A DNA stretch of 64,000 nt from Anthoceros angustus (lineage: Eukaryota > Plantae > Anthocerotophyta), in contig MU008162.1 of NCBI GenBank assembly GCA_010909165.1, positions 186,001 to 250,000 of the forward strand, written 5' to 3'. A model generated the notes under the pieces. That model was not told where the DNA came from and ran no database searches. It saw only the letters and a list, made by a program, of their open reading frames with translations. Made by a program: the position numbers and the translations under genes. Positions 49,075 through 61,299 of the stretch are shown piece by piece (position 1 is the first letter of the stretch; each line of letters opens with the position of its first letter).

Positions 49075-49495
49075 TGGGTGCATGCTGCTTTGGGCCAATT
49101 CGAGCATTGTCTGGTGGATCAAGGATGGGCAGTGAACACTCGGCTATTTTCAGAGGTGAGTTGGAGTTGCAGTAGGAGAGGTATGGGTTGTGGGTGAGAA
49201 GTTCTGGGTACTGAGGTATGGATGGACGTTTGTTAAGAGCAGGTGGCTGGGGTGGAGCAGCGGATGAAGGTAATCCAACAAGCAGCAGGGGAGGAAGCCT
49301 TGTTGGTGTACACACTAGCGGATCTTTCCATGGCAGAGATTGCGAGGCAGGCCTGTCAGATGCTATTGCTGCCACATGTTGATATTCTGGAGCCCATCAC
49401 GGAAGATCTGGGGGCTCAATGTGGGGTCACTTCGCTGGGGCTATCTTGAGGGGCCGTAGGAAGGCTGGTGGGTCTATCTAAGCAGTACTATCCTT
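49075..49495 (+). pseudogene. Partial DNA-level copy of PDRP (end of exon 1, intron 1, start of exon 2)
   Basis: Collinear with ~56113-56525 including the gtgagt...gagcag intron; substitutions create a TGA at ~49447. Confidence 0.9.
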
Positions 49496-49699
49496 AAAGT
49501 TTCAGCCAAAAAGTTCAGTGAGTTTTAGCTGGCTAAGTTGATAACTGTTCCTAATATTAATTAACTTTAGGAATGTTTCAGCCAGAGAGTTTAGTAAGTT
49601 TTAGCTAGCTAAGTAGATACAGTTTGTGCCCCTAGCTAGCCTAGAACAACAAGTGGACTCAAGCCTTATACTGTCCCTTAAGCCCAAGTAATCTAAGAC

Positions 49700-50220
49700 T
49701 GGTGTTTGAAACCCGTGGAGAGAGTGGCAACCAAACTTTCTAGCAATGCCACTTTCTTTTCCTCTAGAACTTCCAATTTCTTGGACATTGAACTCAATAG
49801 ACTGATAGCATTGGCCGATGTCTCTTGACCAGTCTTCTTTGTTTTGGCCATGTCTTCATGGTTCATACCGTTCATTGAGAAACTGTCCACACTAGACCTC
49901 TTCTGTGAAAGGGTATGAGCCTCACACATAACTGTCCACACTAGACCTCTTGTGTGAAAAGGTATGAGCCTCACACACAATGTGAGCATGGCTATGCATG
50001 TAGAGGTCAACAATGTCAAACCATGCACACTTCTGAGACTTGTCGTTATCTGATACGGCATTGTGAGCCTTGTCCACTTTGTAGTCCTTATAATTCAATT
50101 TCCATTTCTGCATACAAGCCTCTATATTCTTATCAAAATCATGAAAAATTGTAGCCACTGCTGCCGTCATCTTGCTGTAAATGTTAACCACTTGTGGACT
50201 TAAAAGACTATAAGACAAGA
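49700..50220 (-). other. Myb/SANT (trihelix-like) relic, possibly transposon-associated
   Basis: CMQKWKLNYKDYK...CAWFDIVDLYMHSHAHI; internal ~50-bp duplication at ~49880-49975. Confidence 0.4.
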
Positions 50221-50600
50221 ACTTGAATTCTATGGCTATTGGAACCTACTTTGTAGCAAAAGGCTGACCTTGTTTCGGCATCTGACCGAATTCGGCCTCC
50301 ATCCCACCTCTTGCATGGATGAGGTCTCTTGCATGTTGAAGGTTCTTTTTTCTTCACATTTGGCTCCTTTTTCACTACACGATGTCGTCGTTTGGTGGGC
50401 ACACAGTCTTGATATAGATTGCCTTTGGACTGAGATGTTGGATACCTACAAGAAGGGGCAGCAAGTGATCCCTACATAGTAAGCATTGGCAAGCTATAGC
50501 CAACTCCAGATGCTATAAGAACAGGCATTGTGAAAGGCGATGCAAAATCACTAGTAGGCGCAAAGCCGCTGAATTGTGAGCCCTACGACAGGCCGCTCAC

Positions 50601-50770
50601 TTGTGAGCCGTGCACTTGACAGTTGATCTTCACCATTGTGAGCCGTGCACTTGATACTAATCTTCACGATTGTGAGTCGTGCACTTGACCCTGATCTTCA
50701 CCATTGTGAGCCATGCACTTGATACTGATCTTCACGATTGTGAGCCGTGCACTTGACCCTGATCTTCACC
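50601..50770. repeat. Minisatellite of ~34 bp x5 upstream of SDH1
   Basis: tgtgagccgtgcacttga...tgatcttcac(c/g)at units with alternating variants. Confidence 0.9.
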
Positions 50771-51155
50771 ACTACAAAGCATAGATTTGCGTCACCAACG
50801 GAAACGGATCCATGTCCACCTTGCTCAAGCAAAACAATGATCCAGCTTAAGGCTCACGAGTTAGTGGAAGACACCCTGCATCGCGCGCTACATAATATGA
50901 TATCAAGTGACAGGGTAAACGTTACGTGTTCCTCTCGCTTGGACACACGACACACTGTACCGATTTCTTTTACAAAGTCCAGGATTTCTCTAAAAAACAA
51001 AAAGTAGTGCACAGCCCCCCTCAAACAAAAATATGTCAGTGGTTAGGTTTGGAGGAGCGCAAAAGTGAGGTTCTAGAAGAGAAGCTGGAGGTGGAAGAAG
51101 GAGGAGGAGGAGAGTGAGGGGAGGAGAAGCTGGAGGTGGAAGAAGGAGGGGGAGG

Positions 51156-53456
51156 ATGCTGAAGGCCCTGCGGAAGAAGGCGGTGTGGCCGGCGGCCATT
51201 GCCGGGGCCAGGCGAGCCCTGCATGGCGACGCCGCGCGGGGAGGGTCTCGGATCCTGGGCCGGGAAGCGCCTGCGGGAAAGGACAGCGGGGAGAGAGCGT
51301 CCTACCCGATCATCGACCACACATACGATGCGGTGGTGGTGGGAGCGGGAGGCGCGGGGCTGCGGGCGGCCATCGGGCTGTCGGAGCACGGCTTCCACAC
51401 GGCGTGCATCACCAAGGTCTTCCCGACGCGATCCCACACGGTGGCGGCACAGGGGGGAATCAACGCGGCGCTGGGGAACATGACGGAGGACGACTGGCGA
51501 TGGCACATGTATGACACGGTGAAGGGCAGCGACTGGCTCGGGGACCAGGACGCCATCCAGTACATGTGCCGGGAGGCTCCCAAGGCTGTGATCGAGCTGG
51601 AGAACTACGGGCTGCCCTTCTCCCGCACCGACGATGGCAGGATCTACCAGCGGGCGTTCGGGGGCCAGAGCCTGAACTTCGGCAAGGGCGGGCAGGCCTA
51701 CCGCTGCGCATGCGCGGCGGACAGGACGGGGCACGCCATGCTGCACACGCTCTACGGCCAGGCCATGCGGCACGACACGCAGTTTTTTGTGGAGTTCCTG
51801 GCGCTTGATCTGATCATGGAGGACGGCGAGTGCCGGGGTTTGCTGGCGATCAACATGGAAGACGGGACGCTGCACAGGTTCCGCTCTCACCACACCATCC
51901 TGGCCACCGGCGGCTACGGGAGGGCTTACTTCTCGGCAACTTCCGCGCACACTTGCACGGGGGACGGGAACGCCATGGTGGCCAGGGCGGGGCTAGGGCT
52001 GGAGGATCTGGAGTTCGTGCAGTTCCATCCGACGGGGATCTATGGCGCGGGTGTTTGATCACTGAGGGGTCGCGGGGCGAGGGCGGGATTTTGCGGAATA
52101 GCGAGGGAGAGGTTCATGGAACGGTACGCGCCGACGGCCAGGCCATGCGGCACGACACGCAGTTTTGTGGAGTTCCTGGCGCTTGATCTGATCATGGAGG
52201 ACGGCGAGTGCCGGGGTTTGCTGGCGATCAACATGGAAGACGGGACGCTGCACAGGTTCCGCTCTCACCACACCATCCTGGCCACCGGCGGCTACGGGAG
52301 GGCTTACTTCTCGGCAACTTCCGCGCACACTTGCACGGGGGACGGGAACGCCATGGTGGCCAGGGCGGGGCTAGGGCTGGAGGATCTGGAGTTCGTGCAG
52401 TTCCATCCGACGGGGATCTATGGCGCGGGGTGTTTGATCACTGAGGGGTCGCGGGGCGAGGGCGGGATTTTGCGGAATAGCGAGGGGGAGAGGTTCATGG
52501 AACGGTACGCGCCGACGGCCAAGGATCTGGCTTCGCGGGACGTGGTGTCTCGGTCCATGACGATCGAGATCCGGGAGGGCCGCGGGGTCGGGCCGCAGAA
52601 GGACCACATCTACCTGCACCTCAACCACCTCCCGCCGGAGGTGCTCAAGGAGCGTCTGCCGGGGATTTCCGAGACGGCGGCAATTTTTGCCGGCGTCAAT
52701 GTGACCAAGGAGCCCATCCCGGTGCTGCCCACGGTGCACTACAACATGGGCGGGATTCCCACCAACTGGAGGGGGGAAGTGGTGACCATCAAGGGCAAGG
52801 ATGTGGATGCTGTCGTGCCGGGGTTGTTTGCGGCGGGGGAGGCGGCTTGTGCGTCGGTGCACGGGGCTAATAGGTTGGGGGCCAACTCGTTGCTGGATAT
52901 TGTGGTGTTTGGGAGGGCGTGTGCGAACAGGGTGGCAGAGCTGAGCAAGCCCGGGGAGAAGCACAGGCCGCTGCCGGCGCGGGCGGGGGAGGAGAGCATT
53001 GCGAGGCTGGATAAGTTGAGGTTTTCGAACGGGGATCTGTCCACGGCCAGCATCCGGCTCAAAATGCAAAAGGTGATGCAGGACAACGCGGCGGTGTTCC
53101 GGACCCAGGAGGTGTTGGCAGAGGGTTGTAAGCTGATTGATAAGACGTGGGATAGTTTCTCCAGGGTGAAGACCACTGACAGGGGTTTGATTTGGAACAC
53201 GGACTTGTTCGAGACTCTGGAGCTGGAGAACCTGCTCATCAATGCGTGCATCACGATGTATTCTGCCGAGGCCAGGAAGGAGAGCCGCGGGGCTCATGCC
53301 AGGGAGGATTTCCCCACAAGAGATGATAAGAACTGGATGAAGCATACGCTAGGGTTCTGGGAGGATGGCAAGGTCCGCCTGGATTACCGTCCTGTGCATA
53401 TGTTCACGCTGGATACCGAGGTGGAGGCTTTCCCGCCCAAGGCCCGAGTCTACTGA
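51156..53456 (+). CDS. SDH1: Mitochondrial succinate dehydrogenase flavoprotein subunit, intronless; frame broken by a 383-bp internal tandem duplication
   Basis: [18 protein letters not shown]-attachment [50 protein letters not shown]-terminus PPKARVY*. Confidence 0.95.
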
Positions 53457-53604
53457 TACTACTACTCCGCTTTTGGCCCCAGCTTGCTTTGGTGGTTCGA
53501 GTCTACTCATCACTACTACTCCGCTTTTGGCCCCAGCTTGCTTTGGTGGTTCGAGTCTACTCATCACTACTACTCCGCTTTTGGCCCAAGCTTGCTTGGT
53601 GGTG
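53445..53604. repeat. 53-54-bp tandem repeat x~3 spanning the SDH1 stop codon and 3' UTR
   Basis: cgagtctact starts at 53445, 53498 and 53552; unit continues ...actactccgcttttggccccagcttgctttggtggtt. Confidence 0.9.
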
Positions 53605-54592
53605 TCTTTTTCACTATGATGCAGAGCTTGTGGTGCTGGACTGGAATTTTGTAACAGCCTTCTATCTGTGAGATGTCGTGGATCTGAAATGCCTCATACA
53701 TGGGATCCTTTAATCAGGTAGCGTACACTCTTCACATTATGGAGAGGTCCAGGTAGCAAGCAGCACATAACCTCTATGTTTGAGCCCAAGAATTGTAAAG
53801 ACCAGCTTTCATGCTGGGAACTAAATCACACCAAATTTAGCATCTATTCGTCCTTTGTACTGCTTCCAGAACGTCAACCAGAGCAACACATTACAAAGCC
53901 AAGACTTGTTTTTGTTGCTTTCTGGCAAAAGCCAGTGGCGTGCAGTATTGGGCTGGCTCGAGGAGCTGGTGATCGTGCTGCCACTTGGCCACCTGTATCC
54001 CCACCACGCGGCTACACAAAGCTCCTGCGAACTGACCTGCCCCTGTCAGTGCAGGTTCTCATCAGGTTGGTCGTTGGTCTGCAGTGCGCACCTTCTGTGC
54101 TCACGTGTGATGTGTTGAGAGTTTTATTCATCTACAGTTTTGAATGCATCTCCGGGCCTTGATGTCGGTCGTACAACAGTCGACGATTTACCTTCCCTCG
54201 AAAGATGGACACAAAGGTAGTCTTGGTTCAGATGTTGTGAAGCCCGCTGAAGGTGGTTGTGAAACGGTAGCAGTTCGGCAATAGGAAACTGATGGACCGA
54301 CCATAATAAAGTGCTTGACCAGTGTATTTTCGGAATGCTAAGCAATTCAGGCTGGGAGTAAAGCACTATTAGTTCCCGTAAGTGTATTCACAACAAACAT
54401 GACAAAATTTTGTGCACACGCAGTTCAGCTGTAGCTGTGCAGGCGATGGAGCCAGAGCAAGAGGCTGTGGTTGAAGCACTGGAGCAAGAGGTGGGTTGCT
54501 CCAACCAGCTGAAGACGAGACAGAGTTGCTTCACAGTTCAGGTCTGGAGTACTGAACTGTGGCACAACACCAGGCCACCTTGCCCACCTAGA

Positions 54593-55299
54593 CTATTGCT
54601 TGTTTCGAGAGTCAGAACTCTCCTCATCCTCATCAGCCGTGAGCCCAAAGGGAACCTGTTCGTGCCAGAGCATAAGAACAGCAAGAAAATAAACCATCAT
54701 TGTTGGTGTCTTCTTTCCTTTCTTGCGGAAGGATACTCACCTCGTACACAGGCATGACCACCCGTTGAGGACTCTCTGCCACTGTGCCCGTTGGCAGATT
54801 ATGAAGACGAGGATACGGTATTTTGTAATGCCATCCTAACTGTAACCTGGTTTCACCCTCTTGCAACTGCATAAACAGGTAAGAAATGGAATTCCATCAG
54901 CCCTAGATCAACAACGACCATACAGCGGCATCCAGGTTCAGGTCTCGCATCACGGAAGGACGAGAACACATCGATCCGCACCGTCCTAGTGATGGCCTGA
55001 GGATCAGTCAAGAACTTATTCTTCCTGAAGGAATTCCTGCTTTCGTCCTAACGTCAGGGGAAAGACACGACCATTAGAAACATCGCACGAATGTCAAAGA
55101 CAAAACCGAAAAAACGCGATCCAACATAATTGTTTGAACAAGCTCCATGCCGCTAGCCACGATCTAAGGGAGATCACTGCAGAAACAAGCTTACGAAAAT
55201 GTACTTTTGCTCGACCAAAGGACCTGGCCAATTTCGCGCGGAGCGCATCAGAGCCCGGTACAAAGCCAGGGCTCGTGCCCTAGATGCTGGTGTCGCCAT
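54593..55299 (-). CDS. LYRM1: LYR-motif protein, LYRM1-like, 4 exons (not seen whole in the ORF track)
   Basis: Splicing gives MATPASRARALALYRALMRSARNWPGPLVEQKYIF|DESRNSFRKNKFLTDPQAITRT|LQEGETRLQLGWHYKIPYPRLHNLPTG...VYE|VPFGLTADEDEESSDSRNKQ*; all GT-AG, phase 0. LYR, FRKNK and HYKIPYPR match LYRM1 as recalled. Confidence 0.85.
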
Positions 55300-55482
55300 G
55301 GCACAAGCTGGACGCTAATAACTACCAGTATGTAGATGTCGATCCACGAATTGAATAAACTCTCTCCTGACAGCCAGGTAATTTCGACATATGTATGTCA
55401 CGACACTGGACCAGTAAAAGTAGAATGCTTGCCGAAACCTGATGAATAGCCGGGGCCGGCCCCAACCCACCGGGGAACGAAG

Positions 55483-57104
55483 ATGGCCACCAAGTGGACA
55501 GTCATCCATTCGGAAACCATGCTGTGCTCCATTTCCAGGCAGCTGCCGCATCTCGTGGCATCCCAGCCACAGGACTGCGTGTTCAATGGATGCCTGAACA
55601 TGGATTGTCGACTTCCTCGTCCTCACCCAAATGTACCTCCCAAGGCATCGCTGCAGCTTCCAAACCAAGCTGTCGGAAGAGAATCCGAGTTTTCGAGGTC
55701 AGGACGGTCTGAGCGGAAATTGTTCCTCCCTCCTGGAGTTTCGACCTCGGACTTGTCTGGGCTCCAGGAGGTTGGGGTTGCGGAAGAGGATGGGTACAAG
55801 AGCGATTCCTCTACCTCGGCGCAGTCCGGTAGTAAAATGCGAGGCAGCCCGCAGCTCTCCAGGTGGGCTCGAGCTCGCCGAATTCGGTCAGGCAAGCTGA
55901 GCGACCGAAAATCCGACCCTTCTTCTTCCTCCTCGCCCGAAGATGGGGGGGCAGCAGTGGCAGAAGCAGCGGCTTCCTCCCCGGAGGCCGCCAGTCCAAG
56001 GTTGTCGGCCCTGGACAGGGCGGGGCCCGAGGAGGGCTCCGTCGGGGAAAGGCGGGGCAAGGAGAAGGCAGTGTACATGGTTTCTGACGGAACGGGGTGG
56101 ACTGCGGACCATTCGGTGCACGCTGCCCTGGGCCAATTCGAGCATTGTCTGGTGGATCAAGGATGCGCAGTGAACACTAGGCTGTTTTCGGAGGTGAGTT
56201 GGAGTTGCAGTAGGAGAGGTATGGGTTGTGGGTGAGAAGTTCTGGGAACTGATAGGATGGATGTCTGTTGAGAGCAGGTGACTGAGGTGGAGCAGCTGAT
56301 GAAGGTAATCCGGCAGGCAGCGGGGGAGGGAGCATTGTTGGTGTACACACTGGCGGATCCTTCCATGGCAGAGGTTGCGAGGCAGGCCTGCCAGATGCTG
56401 CAGCTGCCGCATGTTGATATTCTGGGGCCCATCACGGAAGCTCTGGGAGCTCACCTCGGGGTTACTCCGCTGGGGCTGCCTCGAGGGGCTGTGGGAAGGC
56501 TGGTGGGTCTGTCTAAGCAGTACTTCAAGAGGATAGAGGCAGTGGAGTTCACCATCAAGCAGGACGACGGGGCCTTGCCCAAGAACTTGCATCTGGCTGA
56601 CATGGTGCTTGTCGGGGTGTCGCGTACCAGCAAGACCCCGCTCTCCATCTACATGGCTCAGAAGGGCTACAAGGTGGCCAACGTGCCTCTGGTTCTGGGG
56701 ATCAAGCCGCCCAAGGAGCTGTTTGAGGTGGATCAGGACAAGATCTATGCACTCACCATCAGCCCCACCTACCTAAAGACTATCCGGGTAGAGAGGCAGA
56801 AACATCTGGGAACAGGCGATGCTACCACTGCCTATACTCAGATGAATCACATTCGGAAGGAACTGGATGAAAGCACAAAGCTGTTTCAGCAGAATCCGAT
56901 ATGGCCGGTTATCGGTAAAAAACTTACCGCTCAAGTCTGCCGTGAGCTTCTTCTTCTCAGACAGGACACAGTCTTGAGCATTGCTTCTTCCCCTGTGCAG
57001 AGGTTACGGGGAAGGCCATCGAAGAAACTGCAGCTTCCATCCTGCGAATTCACCATGACCGGCAGAACAAGTTTGCCATGCCTCACATCTCCAGACGTTA
57101 CTGA
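55483..57104 (+). CDS. RP1: Pyruvate, phosphate dikinase regulatory protein (PDRP/RP1 kinase-phosphorylase), 3 exons
   Basis: [47 protein letters not shown]; last exon [21 protein letters not shown]...ISRRY*; introns at ~56194-56277 and ~56915-57000. Start codon uncertain. Confidence 0.92.
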
Positions 57105-57195
57105 TGTGGTGATCGCGAGTCACCAAGCCAATGTAATTCAGCAGCAAAGAGTTTACATACGAGACGAAAATAATGGGGCCATAATGCGTCTTTCG

Positions 57196-60100
57196 CTACC
57201 GCGTCCTGTGCCGAGACTCTCTGGAAGCTGCCGACAGGACTAGACTTTGAGGCCCCGCGCTGGGAGGCAGGTACAAGAGAGAGGTGGGAGACTCAGAGCC
57301 AGCACAAAGCATGTCTACGATCCTAAGCCACTCATCAAACGGAATGTGGGTGCTGTACTCCAGTGACACAGAGTCTCGTCCACGCTTCGCAACATAGTAT
57401 TGCCTCCAGAAGTCGAGCAATGACCTGAAATTCCTTGTTACACTCCCAGGTCCAGCTCCTCCGCCCATATCAGCTGCCCTCAACGCCTGGAGGTAGTATT
57501 CCAATTGCCCATTTTGCTCAGCAAACACCAGGAAGATAAGCGCTGTATTCAGGACGCATATATTGTCCTGCACCACGAACAGATATGGATAGGTGAGTGG
57601 CCTAATAAAACATGAAAGTCATCAGCACCAGAAAACCTGTACATTTTCCTCACCTGGTTTATGTCCTCCAGCTTCACAGCGCACATGAGGTCTTGTAACA
57701 GCCGAACTGAGTTATGCTCCACAAAGCTCGTCAACTTGCACGAGTTCTCATCATCATCCAAGTAATGGTGAGCATGTCTTGAAGAAAAGTTGAAGCTGCT
57801 ACTACTGCTACCGTCTGCGTTACTTTCTTGACCACTATCCACCACCATCCTCACAGCCGAGTTCAACCCTTGCCATCCCAAAGGATGAAATGAAAACTGT
57901 CTGTTTCTCTTAAATGCATCAAGAGAAAGGACCACTGATCTAACAAAGACGTTAGAATCCACCAAGTTTGTGACAAGAACCTGCCATATCACACAGATCC
58001 CCAAGTCAGTCCCCCACTCTTGAAGAGACCAGGCCTTTCATTCGCAATTTCACCACCTTCTACGAAAGACGGGGAACCAACCCTCACCTCAACAAACTGG
58101 CAGAACTTATCACCCGTCAACAATTTGGTGAATCGTCTGAACAGTGCCTCATTGAACTTTATAAGCTCCCCCAACAGGTCAAAGTTAATCTGAACAGTAA
58201 AATTCGTCATCAGCAAAACCGAGGACATAATGTCTGGGAATCGACAAATCAAATGTCCAGTGGAATAAGTTACTAACCTGCAAAGAGTTTGCACACCTAA
58301 AGCCACTCTTGAGAATTTCAGAGAGTAGATGCTCCATGAGTCCAGTAGATGCAATCAGTTCCTGCATGATTGAGTTCATTTGAGGTTGTGACTCCAAACA
58401 CTCCAAGAACCGTGACAGGCAAGTGTAATGCAAGGTTTGCTCGTAACGTTACAACTTCCTTTATCAAGGAAAGTACCTGGTCATGATGATCAGCACCTCG
58501 TAAGAATGCCTCCACACAAGAGGCTAGCCAGAAGCTGCAAAACACAAATGGTGCACGCAAAACAATAAGTCAGCTCAGCATTTAGAAGAGTCTTCACCTG
58601 CCCTTACGTAACAAAATCATGTCATGTAGTAAACTGTGAGATTTGAGCAGACGAAGTTACCGGTAAAGCGAATCAGCAGGCTCAGAGATGAGAACTTTCA
58701 AAATCTGCATTATCAGGCCATCTGCCTTTGGAGACCCGGGTTGCTCAAAAGCCGCATCCTACTCAACCGCAGAAAGAAGACAAAAAATATGGGTGAGTAA
58801 AGCCTTGCGTCCCCACAACACTAACAACTACGCACACATAAGCGATTTCTATACCAGCTGAGGCGAACTCAAAGATCTTAGGAGGAGATGCTTATTTGCC
58901 CTATTGCAACTGTCTCGATCGCAGAAGTTGTGAATCAGCCTTAGATACTGAATCTTCAAAGCCTGTTACACAGACATCACATGCCAATTCATTACACACA
59001 ATGTCATCAGGACCTGGCCAGTAATGGCTATGCAACAGGATCACTCACCGACTTGGGATTGCATGCACAGCCTGGCCCATGAATGCCACGGGCATGATGC
59101 TGATTGTGAGCTGTTTTCCAGTCTAGCTTGTCAAACATGTTTGTCAAAACTCCAATGAGCCCAAGCCTCGCCAGCTGGTTTTGCACCTGCACTTGAATTA
59201 TAATGACCCATGTCAAGATCTTGGGCACACCACTGAGGCAGATAAACTGAAAAAGAAGCAAGAAACGGACCTGTTCTCTACTTTTTCCTCCACACAAAGC
59301 GCAGAGCACGAACAGAATCTCCACATGAGGCTGTCCACACAACATAAACCGGCTCCAAGTTCAAAAGGGAACCAAAGGAATTCAATGCCCTCTCATAAGC
59401 TTTGAACAGGAGGCTGTTTCTCAAAAGGCTCAAAAACAGTAGACAGTGAGGCCTATTACTGTTGCGAAGAGCACATTCGAAGGAGTTCTCTCTCTGGGAG
59501 TGGTGTTTGTGCCCGGGACAGTTGTCCCTCCAACCCTTGCTGTAGTTGTTGGTCTTTCAATTGGTGTTTGAGCTGCAGTACCCCCTGGTGGAACTGCTTG
59601 CTCAACCCCTTCAGTTCCCACGGTGGTCTGAACGCCAACCCCGATTGGATTCCTAACCACTCCCAAAGTTGCCAGTGACTCCTCTCGCCATTGCTGCAAA
59701 ACAGTGCGAGTGGCTGCGTTGGCAAAGGCCAAGTATACCCTTTCCGGATCATCTTCTGCCAAGCCGACTTGCTGCAACAAAGGGTTGCCATCGATTAACC
59801 GGTGCCACCAACTTTCATCGACTTCCTGAAGATGCTGGATAATATGTTCATGAAGACTGCTCATGGACTGCATTACACAACAAGCTCGTCAGAACATCAT
59901 GGTATAGATGCGGCCAATACCAAAAAAAGGCTAAAGAGAACCAACATGCTCTGCACCTTGGCCCCCACAGCTACGGGCTAGTGTCAATCGATACTAATGA
60001 CGACAATTCACCCAGCACACCATTATGTTAACAAACAAGATCAGGGCCTCATTTTACACCCAGACACCAAATATATCTAGGTGGTCAATACTTCCTGTTG

Positions 60101-61299
60101 CATGTAATACATAGACCTGCAAAGGAATGCTACCTCACGGTCAAATGGTACACGATGCAGCTGCAGCAACTGCACAAGTCGTGCAAGAATGTTTGGCACT
60201 CTCAGGATTGCATCGTGATTGATGTCTGCTATTGTTTGTTCAGCTTCTGCAGCTTTCAAAGCTGAGAGCGTGACTACAGAGCACTTTTGCTGCTTGAAGC
60301 CAGTACCTGACATCCTGTCCTGCAAAGTCCAAAGTTTCCAACTGCAATGGATTAGAAGAAAAAAAATTGCCCAGCTCTGAACAAGGCCTAGGGGCAGCAC
60401 TTATGATGCGAAGGGCAGTCAACTATTACATCCACCTGGTAATGGAGAGCCGGAACAAGATCGAATTACCTCAGGCTCAAACACAACCATAGCCAGAACA
60501 CGGCAGAATGATGCCAGCTGCCTTGACGTGAAGCCATTGACAAGATTGACAAAATCTGGAATTTCCGTCACATTCAGGGTGTCTTCTCTAATAGCAAGCA
60601 CCTCTTCTGCCAAGCACACAGCTGCAACAGCGAAAGGTAGACAGAAGTCAGGCCGGCGTCTCCACATGGCATGCAATCTATACATGGCAATGCAGCAAGA
60701 GCAGCTGGCTGAAAGCGCGCACCCAAATCAAAAGTCCTAGGATTCCCCATCAAGGCGAAGAGCTGAAGGACAAAATCCCTGTTCGCAGCCAGAGTCTCTG
60801 TATAGAAAGGAAGCGTGAAGCAGAGCTCCCGCAGCACCGTCAGACACTCCTTCCGCGCGGTCCAGACGGGCGCCGGAACTAGGGACTCCGTAATTGCCGG
60901 ATGCGTAAACGGGAAAGACAGTATCCGCAGCAGCAGCGCGTCTCCCCCGAGCAGCACAAAAGACTCCCGATTCCGTATAGGACATGTGCTCCCTACTTCA
61001 TTCCAAAGATCCTCCAGCACCGTGGTACACAAGGCCACATCGTTGGCCGCAAGCGCCTTCTCGATTTCCACACACAGCCTGATGATCTCCGGAGACAAAC
61101 ATTTCCTCGCAAGCACGAACTTGGGAGACTGCTTGTACGATTTCCACCCCCTCCCGGTGGTCTGAACTCTGAGCAAGGTGTCGAGAATATGCTCATTCGC
61201 ACGCTGCGCATTGTAGGCGCCCCCGCTGTGCCTCATATAGGACTTCCTCCCGGGCCCCTGAGCGCCCCCGCTCCCCGAAGTCGGAGCCATCTGCATCAT
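57196..61299 (-). CDS. TRPC4AP: TRPC4AP/TRUSS-like protein (DUF3689), multi-exon
   Basis: AEEVLAIREDTLNVTEIPDFVNLVNGFTSRQLASFCRVLAMVV and NFRSLLDFWRQYY...RDSVSLEYSTHIPFDEW..IVDML match recalled TRPC4AP blocks; many GT-AG exons in between. Internal borders not all resolved. Confidence 0.82.

Noticed and set aside
50601-50770. 34-bp array with palindromic gtgcac as CRISPR or operator array
   Set aside because: Head-to-tail minisatellite without spacers.
51036-53345. Long antisense ORFs over SDH1 (304 and 324 aa)
   Set aside because: Shadow ORFs typical of high-GC3 genes.
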